DNA of 64,000 bases from Candidatus Poribacteria bacterium (GCA_965205025.1 CBDBFU010000009.1:128001-192000), one strand, 5' to 3'; shown: positions 30,211-40,732, numbered from the stretch's first letter. Translations and numbers: made by a program. The notes: generated by a model not told the origin, from the letters alone.

Positions 30211-30843
30211 TTATTTGTTAGTTTGTGTATTTCTGACTACCTCTGGTGGGATACCCCGTCCACTCTTGTACATAAAGTCAGTTGCCTGAATCTCATAAAG
30301 ACGGATAGCAGCTGCTTGCTCCTTGAATCCGCTACAGATTTCCGGAAGATCCAATTCCGGACACTTTTCACAAGCATGTTTCTTACGTATCTGACGTTGA
30401 CGGAAGTAAATCCACCAAAATACTGACATTACAATGACAGTCGTTATTCCAGATAGATAGTTCTGATATATTATTAGAAATGGAGATATACCAATGAATA
30501 TTCCCATTGTTAAACGGAGACCATCCTGAATAAACCTTGGAAATCTCTTATACCATCTCGGATAGGATAGTAATATGACAGGAAATAAAACGGAGATAAG
30601 CCAAATAAGTGGTATGTGTTGAATAAAGGTTGAGAAATTTAAAGATGTTAATATGCCTAATCCAATTCCAATATAAGCAAACATACAACTTCTGCATAAA
30701 TGTAGTCTACCAACTTGAAGTACACCAGACTTAAATCTATCACATAAAGGTCTGTGTGCCCAATTGAAGGTATATGTGTGATATAACCATATCCACTTTA
30801 AACGGGTGTTGTAGATTAGATTTGAAACTCTATGGAGAATCAT
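30211..30843 (-). CDS. membrane protein with Cys clusters
   Basis: HRPLC...LCRSC, about 4 TM, C-terminal CEKC...ICSG. Confidence 0.65.
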   Translation of the reverse strand: MILHRVSNLIYNTRLKWIWLYHTYTFNWAHRPLCDRFKSGVLQVGRLHLCRSCMFAYIGIGLGILTSLNFSTFIQHIPLIWLISVLFPVILLSYPRWYKRFPRFIQDGLRLTMGIFIGISPFLIIYQNYLSGITTVIVMSVFWWIYFRQRQIRKKHACEKCPELDLPEICSGFKEQAAAIRLYEIQATDFMYKSGRGIPPEVVRNTQTNK

Positions 30844-30845
30844 TA

Positions 30846-31286
30846 CTACTTGTCTAATGTCTCTTGTATATCAGCGAGAAGATTTCCAACAGCACCTGTA
30901 GGAACATAATTTGGAATTGCTTTGATTTCCACAGCGGTACCATGAACGACGACTTGGGAAGACCCTTGTGATGCTCCAGTCAATTCGAAACCTACGTTTA
31001 TAATTCCGTTAGCCTCCTGTCTTCCAGCCATTTCAAGCATAAGATCAATAGCACGTTGCCTTGATTCATCTCCTAAAGCGGAATAAGAATCCAACTCACC
31101 ACCAGTTACACCTTTACATCCCATGGCACAATCCTGTCCCATATCTTTTGCCCGGACAGAGATTCCCCAAACCATACCTTTATAATCCATAATTTCATAA
31201 CCATCAAAACCATCGCTACCTGTCATGATGATTTTTCCACCAGAAATATCTGGTCGTGTTCCAGTCAGTAAATCTTCTCTTCTCAT
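30846..31286 (-). CDS. YbjQ/UPF0145 family protein
   Basis: GYEI.DYKGMVWG...GGELDSY...SRQRAI...ANGIINV...VHGTAV. Confidence 0.85.
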   Translation of the reverse strand: MRREDLLTGTRPDISGGKIIMTGSDGFDGYEIMDYKGMVWGISVRAKDMGQDCAMGCKGVTGGELDSYSALGDESRQRAIDLMLEMAGRQEANGIINVGFELTGASQGSSQVVVHGTAVEIKAIPNYVPTGAVGNLLADIQETLDK

Positions 31287-31556
31287 TAAGTTGCCTCCTG
31301 TTTAAATGGTGCACCACACATTCCACAGCGACTTGCTTTCATATGTTCCACACGGACTCTTTCACCACATTGTGAACAATTGTATGTTTTACGCGATTGT
31401 ACTGATAAAATATAGAATAATATTGCTAAAATTAGTAGGATGGGTAAAGCTATTAATGCCCACATTGATTCACCTCAAGATATGGTATTAAATGGACAGT
31501 AAAATATTGAATCCAATAATAGCACATCCGTTTGATAATATCAAGATGGACTAAGG

Positions 31557-31587
31557 AAAAGGCAAGAACAAAATGTTCTTGCCTTTT
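31557..31587 (-). terminator. intrinsic terminator
   Basis: AAAAGGCAAGAACA-AAA-TGTTCTTGCCTTTT downstream of the LamG gene. Confidence 0.75.
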
Positions 31588-31610
31588 GTGTGATATGTAT
31601 CTATAGATAG

Positions 31611-32411
31611 TTATCGTTTCATTCTTGCCCAAGTTGTAGCGATTTTACCACTTGCAGAAACATCAGCAGCACCATCCAAACCTTCAGACATGATGTCATT
31701 AATCTCGGCTTCACTTAACACAGCACCTATAATGGCAACTTCATCAAGGATACCTCTGAATTTGCCGGCATAACCGTGGGCGATAAAGAGATTAAGATCA
31801 CTGCCTTTGGAATCACCACATGGATGTGCCCCACATTTAGCCCAAGTATCATTGGAAACGACTTCACCATCTTTATACATCCAATATTGACGTTTACCAA
31901 CATCTCGAACTTCAGCGAAATGTTGCCATTCACCACTTACAATTGTACCATTTGGCGGTCTTCTAACTTCTACATAGGGTTCGCAATTTCCACCACAGTC
32001 TCCCCAATAAAAACTCATCACACCAGAGGTTTCCTGTGTTAGACAACCCTCACCGCCGTATGATTTACAAACGATGTTCTGACGACCTGCCGCAACGTTT
32101 TCAGGTTTTGCCCAAAATAGAATGGTTACATCGCCGTCGAACTGGAGCGATTCTGCATTTCCCATATCAATATAGTTTGTACCGTCAAACTCAAGGGCAT
32201 CACCAAATTTGCCTGCTACCCATTTTGGATTACTGACGAGTTCACCTTCATGATCATTTCCTGAGGCGTCTCTTACTGTATCACCTTTACCCTCATCAAA
32301 TTTCCATATACCAATAAAGTCTTCAGGCTCAATCTTTGCTTGACTTGTAGCAACTAATAGACCTGTAAGAAATAGGACAATGACGCCTATTTGTAATATC
32401 CTGGTTTTCAT
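31611..32411 (-). CDS. secreted LamG/concanavalin-like domain protein
   Basis: Signal peptide, WKFDEGKG..V.DASGN, GKFG.ALEFDG, WQH, F.GILDEVAI...LSEAEI; ends VSASGKIATTWARMK. Confidence 0.92.
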   Translation of the reverse strand: MKTRILQIGVIVLFLTGLLVATSQAKIEPEDFIGIWKFDEGKGDTVRDASGNDHEGELVSNPKWVAGKFGDALEFDGTNYIDMGNAESLQFDGDVTILFWAKPENVAAGRQNIVCKSYGGEGCLTQETSGVMSFYWGDCGGNCEPYVEVRRPPNGTIVSGEWQHFAEVRDVGKRQYWMYKDGEVVSNDTWAKCGAHPCGDSKGSDLNLFIAHGYAGKFRGILDEVAIIGAVLSEAEINDIMSEGLDGAADVSASGKIATTWARMKR

Positions 32412-32900
32412 CTATGTGTTTTCCTCCTAAGATAGGTTAGATTTTGAATACGCCGGTCCATCAAAAACTGTGGAAACCAAACGCAACAATTTACATATTT
32501 TAAACAGTATTATAATCTAATCGGTAATACTTCCTGATTCATTTCAAGAAAATATTTGGTTATGACTTTGAATCTATTAATTAAGTGAGTTAGTCAACAG
32601 AAATAGTTAAAGTCAATGGTTAGAGACACATTACTGGTAGGTAATCATTAGAATGGTGAAAAAGATCCACTGTATAGTCGTAAGGGTTATATTCTATATC
32701 CCGAATAATTTAGTGGATAGATGAATGTAATACCTATATTCCAGTAATTCTATGAGAGGAACAACATCTTTAGTAATGAATATCACCAATTTTGGTATCA
32801 ATGATATCAATACATTTAAATTACTGAATTCAAGGGAAAGTATATCAAAAATGTAAAAAATTGTAAACAAAAAAATTGTCGTTGATAGATTCTGATGTTT

Positions 32901-33140
32901 TTATGTATTTTTCTTTATTGAATAATGTTCCCATAACTGTTTTGGATTATTAACTGATAGCTCAACGTTTCCACATTCACCACATACAGCTGCTTTCAAT
33001 GCTTCCTTTTTGGTCTTCTGGAATATTGATGCCTGTGTGTTAATTACGAGTATATTAAGTCCAGACCCCATTGCGTCAAGTATCAGCAAATCCTGCATGA
33101 TTTTTTCTGAACCACATCTTGGACATTTCGTGGTTGCCAT
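32901..33140 (-). CDS. small zinc-ribbon protein
   Basis: CPRCGS ... CGECG. Confidence 0.7.
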   Translation of the reverse strand: MATTKCPRCGSEKIMQDLLILDAMGSGLNILVINTQASIFQKTKKEALKAAVCGECGNVELSVNNPKQLWEHYSIKKNT

Positions 33141-33155
33141 GTTTAGTCTCCAATG

Positions 33156-33833
33156 TTACATTTTCACCGCTACTGAAACACCATCGCGGAGAGGAATAAT
33201 TGTCGTGAATACATCGGGTGAACTATACTGTAATCTTGTCACCTCTTTAACTCCTTCTGTTGTTGCATTAATCCACCGATCTCTATCATTTAGATCATTG
33301 CTATTGTTTTCAGTATTTTGAGTAACGCGTCCACCCCACAACATATTGTCTGTTATAAAGAGTCCACCCTTCCTAAGTCGAGGAATTGCCTTTTGAAATG
33401 CATCTGGATATCCATCTTTGTCTATATCGTTGTATATGATGTCAAACTCACCTTCGGTTTCGTCAATAATTTCTAATGCGTTACCAACTCGATAGTCAAT
33501 TCTATCAGCAATTCCACCCCGTTTAAGATAATCTGCTGCACGGTCAGCGTTATCTTGTGAACCATCAGTGCAGATAATGGATGCTTCAGGTTTTTGTAAT
33601 GCTTTTGCCATCCAATACGCAGAATACCCGAATCCTGACCCCATCTCAAAAATGCGCGTCGGATTTGTTATCAATACCAACTGATGTAAAACGCGTCCGA
33701 CAAGTGGACCGACAATTGGAAACCTATTTTCTCGTGCATGTGCTTCCATTTCTGTCAGCACTTCATCGCGTTCAGGAATAATATCTTGTAGATAATTGTT
33801 GATTGATGGATGTAAGATATTTATTCGTTGCAT
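33156..33833 (-). CDS. O-methyltransferase (caffeoyl-CoA type)
   Basis: EMGSGFGYSA, FDIIYNDIDK..YP, GGLFITDN.LW.G, IPLRDGV. Confidence 0.92.
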   Translation of the reverse strand: MQRINILHPSINNYLQDIIPERDEVLTEMEAHARENRFPIVGPLVGRVLHQLVLITNPTRIFEMGSGFGYSAYWMAKALQKPEASIICTDGSQDNADRAADYLKRGGIADRIDYRVGNALEIIDETEGEFDIIYNDIDKDGYPDAFQKAIPRLRKGGLFITDNMLWGGRVTQNTENNSNDLNDRDRWINATTEGVKEVTRLQYSSPDVFTTIIPLRDGVSVAVKM

Positions 33834-33902
33834 TAAGTACTCCTATTAATTTAATATCGGTAAATCAATCCAAGTTATAATTGTGAGTTTCGTGTATTAG
33901 TA

Positions 33903-35021
33903 CTACGCATTTCTCCAACTTTCAAGCGGATGCTCTCGTGGTGTTAATGGCATATATACTCGAGTTTTCTGACGATGGGATTCCCAAGTAGCATGGATCA
34001 TCTCCAGACAATCTCTACCATCCCTTCCACTTGCGAATGGATCACGATCTTCCTCAATTGCTTCAATAAGATCCCGTAACATGAGACGTTGTAATAGCAA
34101 ACGTATTGAACCTTTATCTCTCTGATTTCCTTGTTCATCAAGGTCTTCCTCGGGAAGATGTACCTGTTCCCACGCTTCTGCAGGTGTTTTATGTTGTCCT
34201 TTATGGATAAACATTGTTGTGCCGACACTCTCTCTAACAGCAATTCGTCCTTCAGTGCCAATTATATCAATACCGTAAGCGTTGTCGTTTGTTTGGGGTT
34301 GTGCAAGAAATTGTACATCTGCGTGAATACCGTTTTTAAAGCGAAAGGAGGCGTGTCCACGTTCACCAAGAACAAGTCCAGCATCGCGATCGTGAGGGTG
34401 GACTTCTTGTGTGTGTTTTATATCGTCAACGGTAGATTCAGTTCCATCCATCTGAACAAGATGTGCGTGTGTCCAGTCTACATCACCACCGAATAGACGT
34501 AACCAATCATAAAGATGTGTACCCATTTCCATCAACGAGTTTCCTACTTTGCGTCCACCTTTGTCTGTTGCTTTCATCAGAACGACATCTCCGATTTCAC
34601 CATGTTCAATTAGAGATAGGACATGTCGATTATATGGACTGGCACGTTTGATGTGGTTTATAGCAAACTTAACGTTGTTTTTGTCGCATGTTTCAACCAT
34701 TTCGTCGGCTTGAATAAGGTTGAGTGCGATCGGTTTTTCACAGAAAACGTGGACTCCACGTTGAGCTGCTGCAACTGTTGGGGCATGATGTACGGGTGCT
34801 TGTGTTGGTATGATAACGATGTCCGGTTTCTGTTCATCAAGCATCTTCTCATAATCGTCATAGATTGCCTTTACATCGAATCGTTCACCCCATGCTTTTG
34901 CGCGTTCTGGATGTATCTCTGCCCCAGCAACGAGTTCACAGTTTTCTTCTAACTTTGCTGCTTGGGCATGGTGTCCACCCATACCCCCTAAACCAATAAT
35001 TGCCACACGGTATTTTTTCAT
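33903..35021 (-). CDS. Gfo/Idh/MocA oxidoreductase
   Basis: IIGLGGMG, HVFCEKP, MGTHLYD. Confidence 0.92.
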   Translation of the reverse strand: MKKYRVAIIGLGGMGGHHAQAAKLEENCELVAGAEIHPERAKAWGERFDVKAIYDDYEKMLDEQKPDIVIIPTQAPVHHAPTVAAAQRGVHVFCEKPIALNLIQADEMVETCDKNNVKFAINHIKRASPYNRHVLSLIEHGEIGDVVLMKATDKGGRKVGNSLMEMGTHLYDWLRLFGGDVDWTHAHLVQMDGTESTVDDIKHTQEVHPHDRDAGLVLGERGHASFRFKNGIHADVQFLAQPQTNDNAYGIDIIGTEGRIAVRESVGTTMFIHKGQHKTPAEAWEQVHLPEEDLDEQGNQRDKGSIRLLLQRLMLRDLIEAIEEDRDPFASGRDGRDCLEMIHATWESHRQKTRVYMPLTPREHPLESWRNA

Positions 35022-35089
35022 GGATATCTCCATTACAGATCGGTCTTTGTTGTGTTTATCATAACAACATTAGGGTGTAGGTGCAATAA

Positions 35090-35119
35090 AAAAGGCACGG
35101 TTCATGAACCGTGCCTTTT
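35090..35119. terminator. perfect palindromic terminator
   Basis: AAAAGGCACGGTTCA|TGAACCGTGCCTTTT. Confidence 0.75.
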
Positions 35120-35143
35120 AAAATCGAGTTTGGGATATAATAG

Positions 35144-35185
35144 TCAGTGATTCTTCACATTTGCCCAAGTGGTTGTTAATTTCAC
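35144..35185 (-). pseudogene. orphan 3' tip of a gene ending in the KLTTTWA motif
   Basis: Reverse strand GTG AAA TTA ACA ACC ACT TGG GCA AAT GTG AAG AAT CAC TGA = VKLTTTWANVKNH*, followed by a terminator; no upstream body. Confidence 0.7.
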
Positions 35186-35262
35186 AGAAAAGTGTTATGA
35201 TATCCATCAGAGAACTCGGTAGTTTAGAGAGTTTTTAGCAAGTTAGAGAAGGAGACTATACA

Positions 35263-36525
35263 TTGAAAGAACGTTTCACAATAACGACAGCGATAACCTT
35301 CGGAATTGTTGCCCTCTGTGCCATTCTCATCACCGGTTGTGATGAGGGGATGAATATGGCTGGTGGCGTTCTGAGCGGTAGTGGTGAAGTTATTGAGCCG
35401 AAGCCGGAGGATCCGACGGGACCGATAACATCGGTTGGTGAGGTGAAGAAGTCGGATCCCAAGGATTCGAAAGAGCCACCGAAAAAAGAGGAAAAACCGG
35501 AACCTGACCCGGAACCGACACCTGAGCCGATAGGGCAGGTGACCCAAGAGTATTTTAGGGGTGTTGCAATAGCGGATATCCTGCCGCCTTCGGCATGGGT
35601 GCTCGATTTTCCCGGTCCTTATAGAGAATACGCTCCGCCGGAGAGTAACTCTGAGGATTTTGTCGGTCGGGTGTGTATGGAAACGATAGGTGTTGGCGCT
35701 GATGATTGGGCTGCGGCTGACTATATAGCACCGATTTCAGGTGCTATCGTGACCATAACAGATGGTCCGAGAGCAGGGGAACGGGTCGTCACTAATGAGG
35801 GTGGATACTTTCTTTTCAGAGATGTACCAGGGAACGAGCTCTACCTCCGGGTGGAGCGACAGTACCTTGAGCCAAAAGAGGTAATTGCTTTCCGAAACCG
35901 TCCAACAATGCTGCAACAGCTGAGACCGAATGAGGTCTTCAATGCAGCATACCAGGAACGCGAAGGTCTGAGCAATGCCCCGGGTGTCATCCTGATGGGA
36001 TTACGGTGGCCGAATGCCGTTCGTTTTATTTTGGAGACCGAGAAATTACCTTATGGTCTCTTGTATGGAATAGGTGATCGATCACCTGACCCAGTATTGG
36101 CAAGAGGGGGTTTTTACGGAGGTCTTCATATTGCACTCTATCATTCTTCTGAGGATAAAGGCAGGCTTTCTTATAAGACCCTTATGCACGAACTCGCCCA
36201 TGCGCGGCAACACGCAGTCGCTATGTTGCATGGTTATGATCATTGGCGTACCTTAAGTTGGAACAATACCCCTGAGGCCAGGGCCTACAAGGCAGCATGG
36301 GAAAGGGATCTGGAAGAGATCCCGCACAAAGATTGGTTGGGAACGCTTGATAAGAGTGACTATTATGAGTCAAACTTACTTGAGAATGCCGCTGAGTTTT
36401 GTGCTATGTACTGGAAACTGGAAACAGGGATGACAGGGGAAGAGACCCTCAATGGTGGTATACAAAAAAGGGCGCCCAACCGTTTTAAATGGTGCCAGAA
36501 GTATCTCGCCAACCAGTATGATTGA
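35263..36525 (+). CDS. lipoprotein with carboxypeptidase-regulatory-like domain and HEXXH metallopeptidase motif
   Basis: Lipobox ITGC, PE/PK-rich linker, PISGAIVTI...TNEGGYF.F, HELAH...ENAAE. Confidence 0.75.
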   Translation: MKERFTITTAITFGIVALCAILITGCDEGMNMAGGVLSGSGEVIEPKPEDPTGPITSVGEVKKSDPKDSKEPPKKEEKPEPDPEPTPEPIGQVTQEYFRGVAIADILPPSAWVLDFPGPYREYAPPESNSEDFVGRVCMETIGVGADDWAAADYIAPISGAIVTITDGPRAGERVVTNEGGYFLFRDVPGNELYLRVERQYLEPKEVIAFRNRPTMLQQLRPNEVFNAAYQEREGLSNAPGVILMGLRWPNAVRFILETEKLPYGLLYGIGDRSPDPVLARGGFYGGLHIALYHSSEDKGRLSYKTLMHELAHARQHAVAMLHGYDHWRTLSWNNTPEARAYKAAWERDLEEIPHKDWLGTLDKSDYYESNLLENAAEFCAMYWKLETGMTGEETLNGGIQKRAPNRFKWCQKYLANQYD

Positions 36526-36544
36526 TTGTGAATTTAACTCATTC

Positions 36545-36574
36545 AAACAAGCAACGAATTTTCGTTGCTTGTTT
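36545..36574 (+). terminator. intrinsic terminator
   Basis: AAACAAGCAACGAA-TT-TTCGTTGCTTGTTT followed by a T-run. Confidence 0.75.
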
Positions 36575-36645
36575 CTTTTTTATACCTGTGACAGCACTGT
36601 GCAGAAGTCGGTTTCGTTCTCACAGCAGTGGTATACTATATGTAT

Positions 36646-36924
36646 ATGAGTTTTGATGCTTCGTTTATTGCTCTTGCTGTTGTTCCCGGCGCGGTCGGAG
36701 GGCTGGTGCGCGGGTTGGTGGGTGTTTCTAAACATGTGGTGCGGGATAAAGAGCCGTTTAAGGTGGTGAAGCTGCTGTTTTCCTTGGTGTTGGCGGTGGT
36801 TGTCGGCGGGGTGGCGGGTGTGGTGACTGACGGCGATTGGCGGGTGGCGCTGCTCGCGGGGTTCGCGGGATCGGATTTGCTGGAGTCGTTGTGTAAGTCG
36901 TGGCTGCCAAAGATTTTTACATAG
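36646..36924 (+). CDS. small GC-rich membrane protein, Patescibacteria-like
   Basis: GAVGGLVRGLVG...ALLAGFAGSDLLESL; base composition unlike the flanking genes. Confidence 0.65.
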   Translation: MSFDASFIALAVVPGAVGGLVRGLVGVSKHVVRDKEPFKVVKLLFSLVLAVVVGGVAGVVTDGDWRVALLAGFAGSDLLESLCKSWLPKIFT

Positions 36925-36955
36925 TGATTCCTTGTTGATTCGGGACAGTGCTTAG

Positions 36956-38018
36956 CTATCGTCGTGTGCTCCTACAGGTGCGCTGACCGTTTGAACCCTT
37001 TACGCAGAATTTGTTCACTTTTGATTTTTTCAGGCAGTGACTATCAGCAGTACATTCGTTACACCATCTGCCCCTGCAATAGGGGGTTGATCCGGAACAG
37101 TCGTTATTAGTCCTGCACGCTGTGCAGTACGCATCCCTACAGTATGGTTTGTCACCTGAGCAGGATTTTGACTTCCGCTTTCTTCCTGTTCCCCCGGATC
37201 CAAATATATTCATGCCTGTTTTGCACGCTTGTTTAACTGCATTGTCCCCACACCATTTTGTTCCCCATTTACACGATTCACAGGAACCACGACCGGAACA
37301 TTCTCCCTGTATATTACAGACGGAACAGTACTCGGAGTCCCCGCAGTCGGTGTGGGAGGCGCAGCCTTTTTCCTTAGTGCACTTAGTACTACCGCAGAAC
37401 CACTTGTAGTGTGTGTCTGAATCTTCCGCGTCAGTGAAGGTTTCTCCTGGGAGACAATCTCCACCGGCGGGGACATTGAGGGTTGGGCAGTTGCCGGCAG
37501 TATCACAGAAAGGGTTGGAAATCTTAGGATTAGCACAGCTTTCATTAGCATCACATATCGTTTCATTTTCCCAGGCCTGTTTACATTTATCACCCTCTAT
37601 CCTACAGTAGCAGTATTTTACAGTATCCCTTTCCTGTCCGTTTTGGGTAACGGTACTACAGTATCTGTTTAAATAATTGGTACAGCCGCATTGATTGGCG
37701 TTGCAAATGACTTTTTCTTCCTCACATTTTCCTTCAGCATTACACTTATAACCACTATCACACTGATCTCCGACTCTGGTCTGTTGTGTGCTGGCGGGGC
37801 ATTGCCTGCCGCCGTTTTTCGGTTTGGGGTTGTCACACTTTGAGTTTTGGGTCTCACCGCAGGGAATTTCAGATTCTGCGGGGGGGGTGACGCCAACCGC
37901 CATCAACAGGGTCTGGGGGTGTCGGGGTGCAGGAGGTAGAATTGTTTACCCAACAGCCGCACGGTTTGCTTGGTGCTGGGTCGAGGTCGTCACAGTCAAC
38001 TTTAAATAAATTATTGTC
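36956..38018 (-). pseudogene. 5'-truncated Cys-rich protein with TSP1-like repeat, frameshifted at a G8 tract
   Basis: Upstream frame ...PDPVDGGW joins ...PCGETQ..KCDNPKPKNGGRQC if one base of G8 (37880-37887) is removed; many C-x4-C repeats; no start codon before an in-frame stop near 38020. Confidence 0.65.
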
Positions 38019-38053
38019 TCATTAGACGGTTATTATAGTAGTCATTTTCAGGT

Positions 38054-38216
38054 CACAAACTGAATGAAGATTAAAATAATAATTCGGTAATGTGTTAGAA
38101 ATTCAAATCAACGGTATGAATGCTATTTAGCATTCCCCGTGGTTAGGAAACCGAACCTACCAAGTTTGTGAAAATGGGATTACCGAATTTAAAACTTAAT
38201 CCTCATAAAGTTTGTG
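38054..38216. mobile_element. MITE-like repeat, same family as 22528-22676
   Basis: CACAAACTGAATGAAGATTAA..AATTCGGTAAT ... ATTACCGAATT..TTAATCCTCATAAAGTTTGTG. Confidence 0.75.
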
Positions 38217-38413
38217 GAACAAAAAAGAGACATTATCAATTAGAAATAGTATGAGTTATCAGACACACGTTCCCTGTTACTATGCTCTCAACATTTGTCC
38301 TATTAAGGTTTGCACGTCTAATTTTATCAGATTCTGTCCAATATATTTTACCTTTTCCTTGGGTGTAACCTATACTTTGGAGAACATACGTTAATATGAA
38401 GATCATTCATATA

Positions 38414-39571
38414 ATACCATTTCTAATAAATTATATCACATTTTCGATCTTATTTATATAATCATACTTTGTTATGCTCTCAATAGCGATTTTAGTGTAA
38501 CTTCGTATGATCTCAGTAAGTTTATCCTGCATCTCTTGTAATGAAGTCAGCACATTTTGAAATAACTTTGCTTTGATGTCTTGCCATAGTCTTTCAATAG
38601 GGTTCAACTCTGGACTATAAGGCGGTAGAAAGAGGAATACTATATTCTCAGGAACTTGTAGTGATTTCGCTTGATGAAAACGCCCATTATCAAGGACAAG
38701 GATATTCAGAGTCCCCGGATAAACCTTAGCAAACTCATCAAGAAATATTTGGAAACAGGTACTATTCAGATAAGGCATTTCAAGGAAAAACTTTCTCCTG
38801 TTATCGGTTCCACAGCACCATATAGATAAAGGTTTTCATAGGTATACCTGATATTAGCAATCGGTTTGACACCGGGGACTGTAATACGACGGTATGAAAC
38901 AGGATGAAGACCAAATCTTGACTCATCTTGAAAAAACAGACGAACTTTTTCAGACTCAGGATCGTTCTCCGAAATCGTTTCCTTGACTTTTTTTGGTAAG
39001 TCTAACTTGAAGGTTTCACCGGCTGTTTTCGTTTTTTTTATATGACTCTTGCGGGGCACTTTGGGTTTTGCTTTCCACTTATACCGAACCATCGAATGAA
39101 CAGCAGTATATTTCATTTTGACATCAAATGTTTTTTCAATATAGTCTACTATCTGCTGATAACTGGAAAAAGCATCAGGTTTTTTGAGTTCAGCAAGCAA
39201 GATTTCTTGTTGTTCTTCGGTAAGTTGAGCTGGACGCCCGGGGGAATAATCCCGTGCTAAAAGTGCTTCAAGTCCACCCGATGCGTATGTTTGGAACCAA
39301 TGCCCAACGGTTTTCCTATCAACACCTATTTTCGCAGCGATTTCCTTACGATTTAGCCTTTTCTCACTACAAAATAGGTATAGGGCTTTCAGTCTTTTCT
39401 TTTGGTAACTGATTGATGTTTTTTTCATCATTTTTTTCAAGTCAGAAACACTTTCTGTAATCTGTGAGGGTTTTAACATAATTAATATTCATCCTATCAA
39501 CTATAAATTTGTAATAAAATATAACAGAAAAGAAAAATTTTAAAAGCGAAAATATTAACTGAAAATGGTAT
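38414..39571 (-). mobile_element. IS630-family insertion sequence
   Basis: Ends ATACCATTT / AAATGGTAT, each flanked by TA; encloses the transposase. Confidence 0.88.
38431..39479 (-). pseudogene. IS630 transposase with frameshift near 38786-38790
   Basis: HTH, FFQDESRFG, LVLDNGRFH, LPPYSPELNPIERLW; adding one T restores GESFFLEMPYLNS. Confidence 0.85.
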
Positions 39572-39842
39572 TAGTTGAATTTTCTGTTCATCTTAGGAAA
39601 AATATATCAATAGGTGTTTAGTAATCATTCAAACTATAAATACATATTCCTATAATATATAAATGACCTGATATTTGCAAGAAGTTTCTACTACTTGGTG
39701 TGTAAAGTTAATTGAGATTAAACTCCATCTAATACCAAGAGATATCGTGGATCGGAATCCCTCCTACTGAAGAGAAATATCCGGATTGGAAACTCTATGT
39801 CAAATACTTCTTATTCTGAATTCACGTTAACTCAGGTTTAAT

Positions 39843-40691
39843 TTACTTTCCGGCTTCGGATAATAATCTGTTGAGTGTGCTTCCTAAGATTTCTTCTTTA
39901 TCTGCTTCTGGGATGAAAGTGCAGTGTGTGCGGAAGGCTTCAAGAGAGTGTTGGTAGGTCATAAAATTACGGACAACTGGATAGTCTGACCCCCAACAGA
40001 GACGTCCAGGACCGAAATGTTCATATAACGCCCGTACAATCCAGTGTGTATCAGAGAACGGATAATCCCAAGACACTTGAGAAACATAGGCAAATCCTGA
40101 CATTTTAATGTGGATATTTGGTATTTCTGCTGAAGTTAATACTTCTTTGAGTTTGGGATATGGATGTTCTTCTCCTGCCTTTGCACCTGCCATGTGGTGA
40201 AATAAGAAGGGTATTGAAGGGAATTGTAATGCGAGTTTCCGTAGTGGCGCATGATGCTGTGTCCCCAAGGCTATACTTGCAATCAATCCTAATTCAGCGG
40301 TCGTTTCAAAGAAACGTTGCCCCTCTTCAGAGAAAAACCATTCCCCGTTATCTTCACCTCTAAGATAATGAGTATATCCTTTAAGTTTATATTTCTCCGC
40401 TGCAGATTTGAGTCGGTCTGCAGCACCATCTGTATGATATGTATCCGTCCATGAACAATCAACATCTGCGAACTGAATGAGACGATCAGGATAGGTGGTA
40501 ACACACTTGGCAGCATAATCATTATTATCAGGATTCCGCTCTATACGCGCACATATCAAAACAGCCTTATCCACATTGTTTTTATCCATTTCATGTAAGA
40601 GTTGCTCAACCATTCCTCTACTATTATCATCTGGCACAGGTGGTTGGTAGGGCCAACGTGGCCATGCATGTGTGTGTGAATCAATTATCAT
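39843..40691 (-). CDS. amidohydrolase_2 family protein
   Basis: IIDSHTHAW, HHMA, IKMSG, LCWGSDYP. Confidence 0.9.
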   Translation of the reverse strand: MIIDSHTHAWPRWPYQPPVPDDNSRGMVEQLLHEMDKNNVDKAVLICARIERNPDNNDYAAKCVTTYPDRLIQFADVDCSWTDTYHTDGAADRLKSAAEKYKLKGYTHYLRGEDNGEWFFSEEGQRFFETTAELGLIASIALGTQHHAPLRKLALQFPSIPFLFHHMAGAKAGEEHPYPKLKEVLTSAEIPNIHIKMSGFAYVSQVSWDYPFSDTHWIVRALYEHFGPGRLCWGSDYPVVRNFMTYQHSLEAFRTHCTFIPEADKEEILGSTLNRLLSEAGK

Positions 40692-40732
40692 AATAAAAAC
40701 CTATAATCCTATTTGTTTGTATTCTGTGAATT

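Noticed and set aside
32412-32900. Long AT-rich intergenic region as possible ncRNA or riboswitch
   Set aside because: No recognisable conserved motif or convincing structure by eye; an Rfam scan would be needed.
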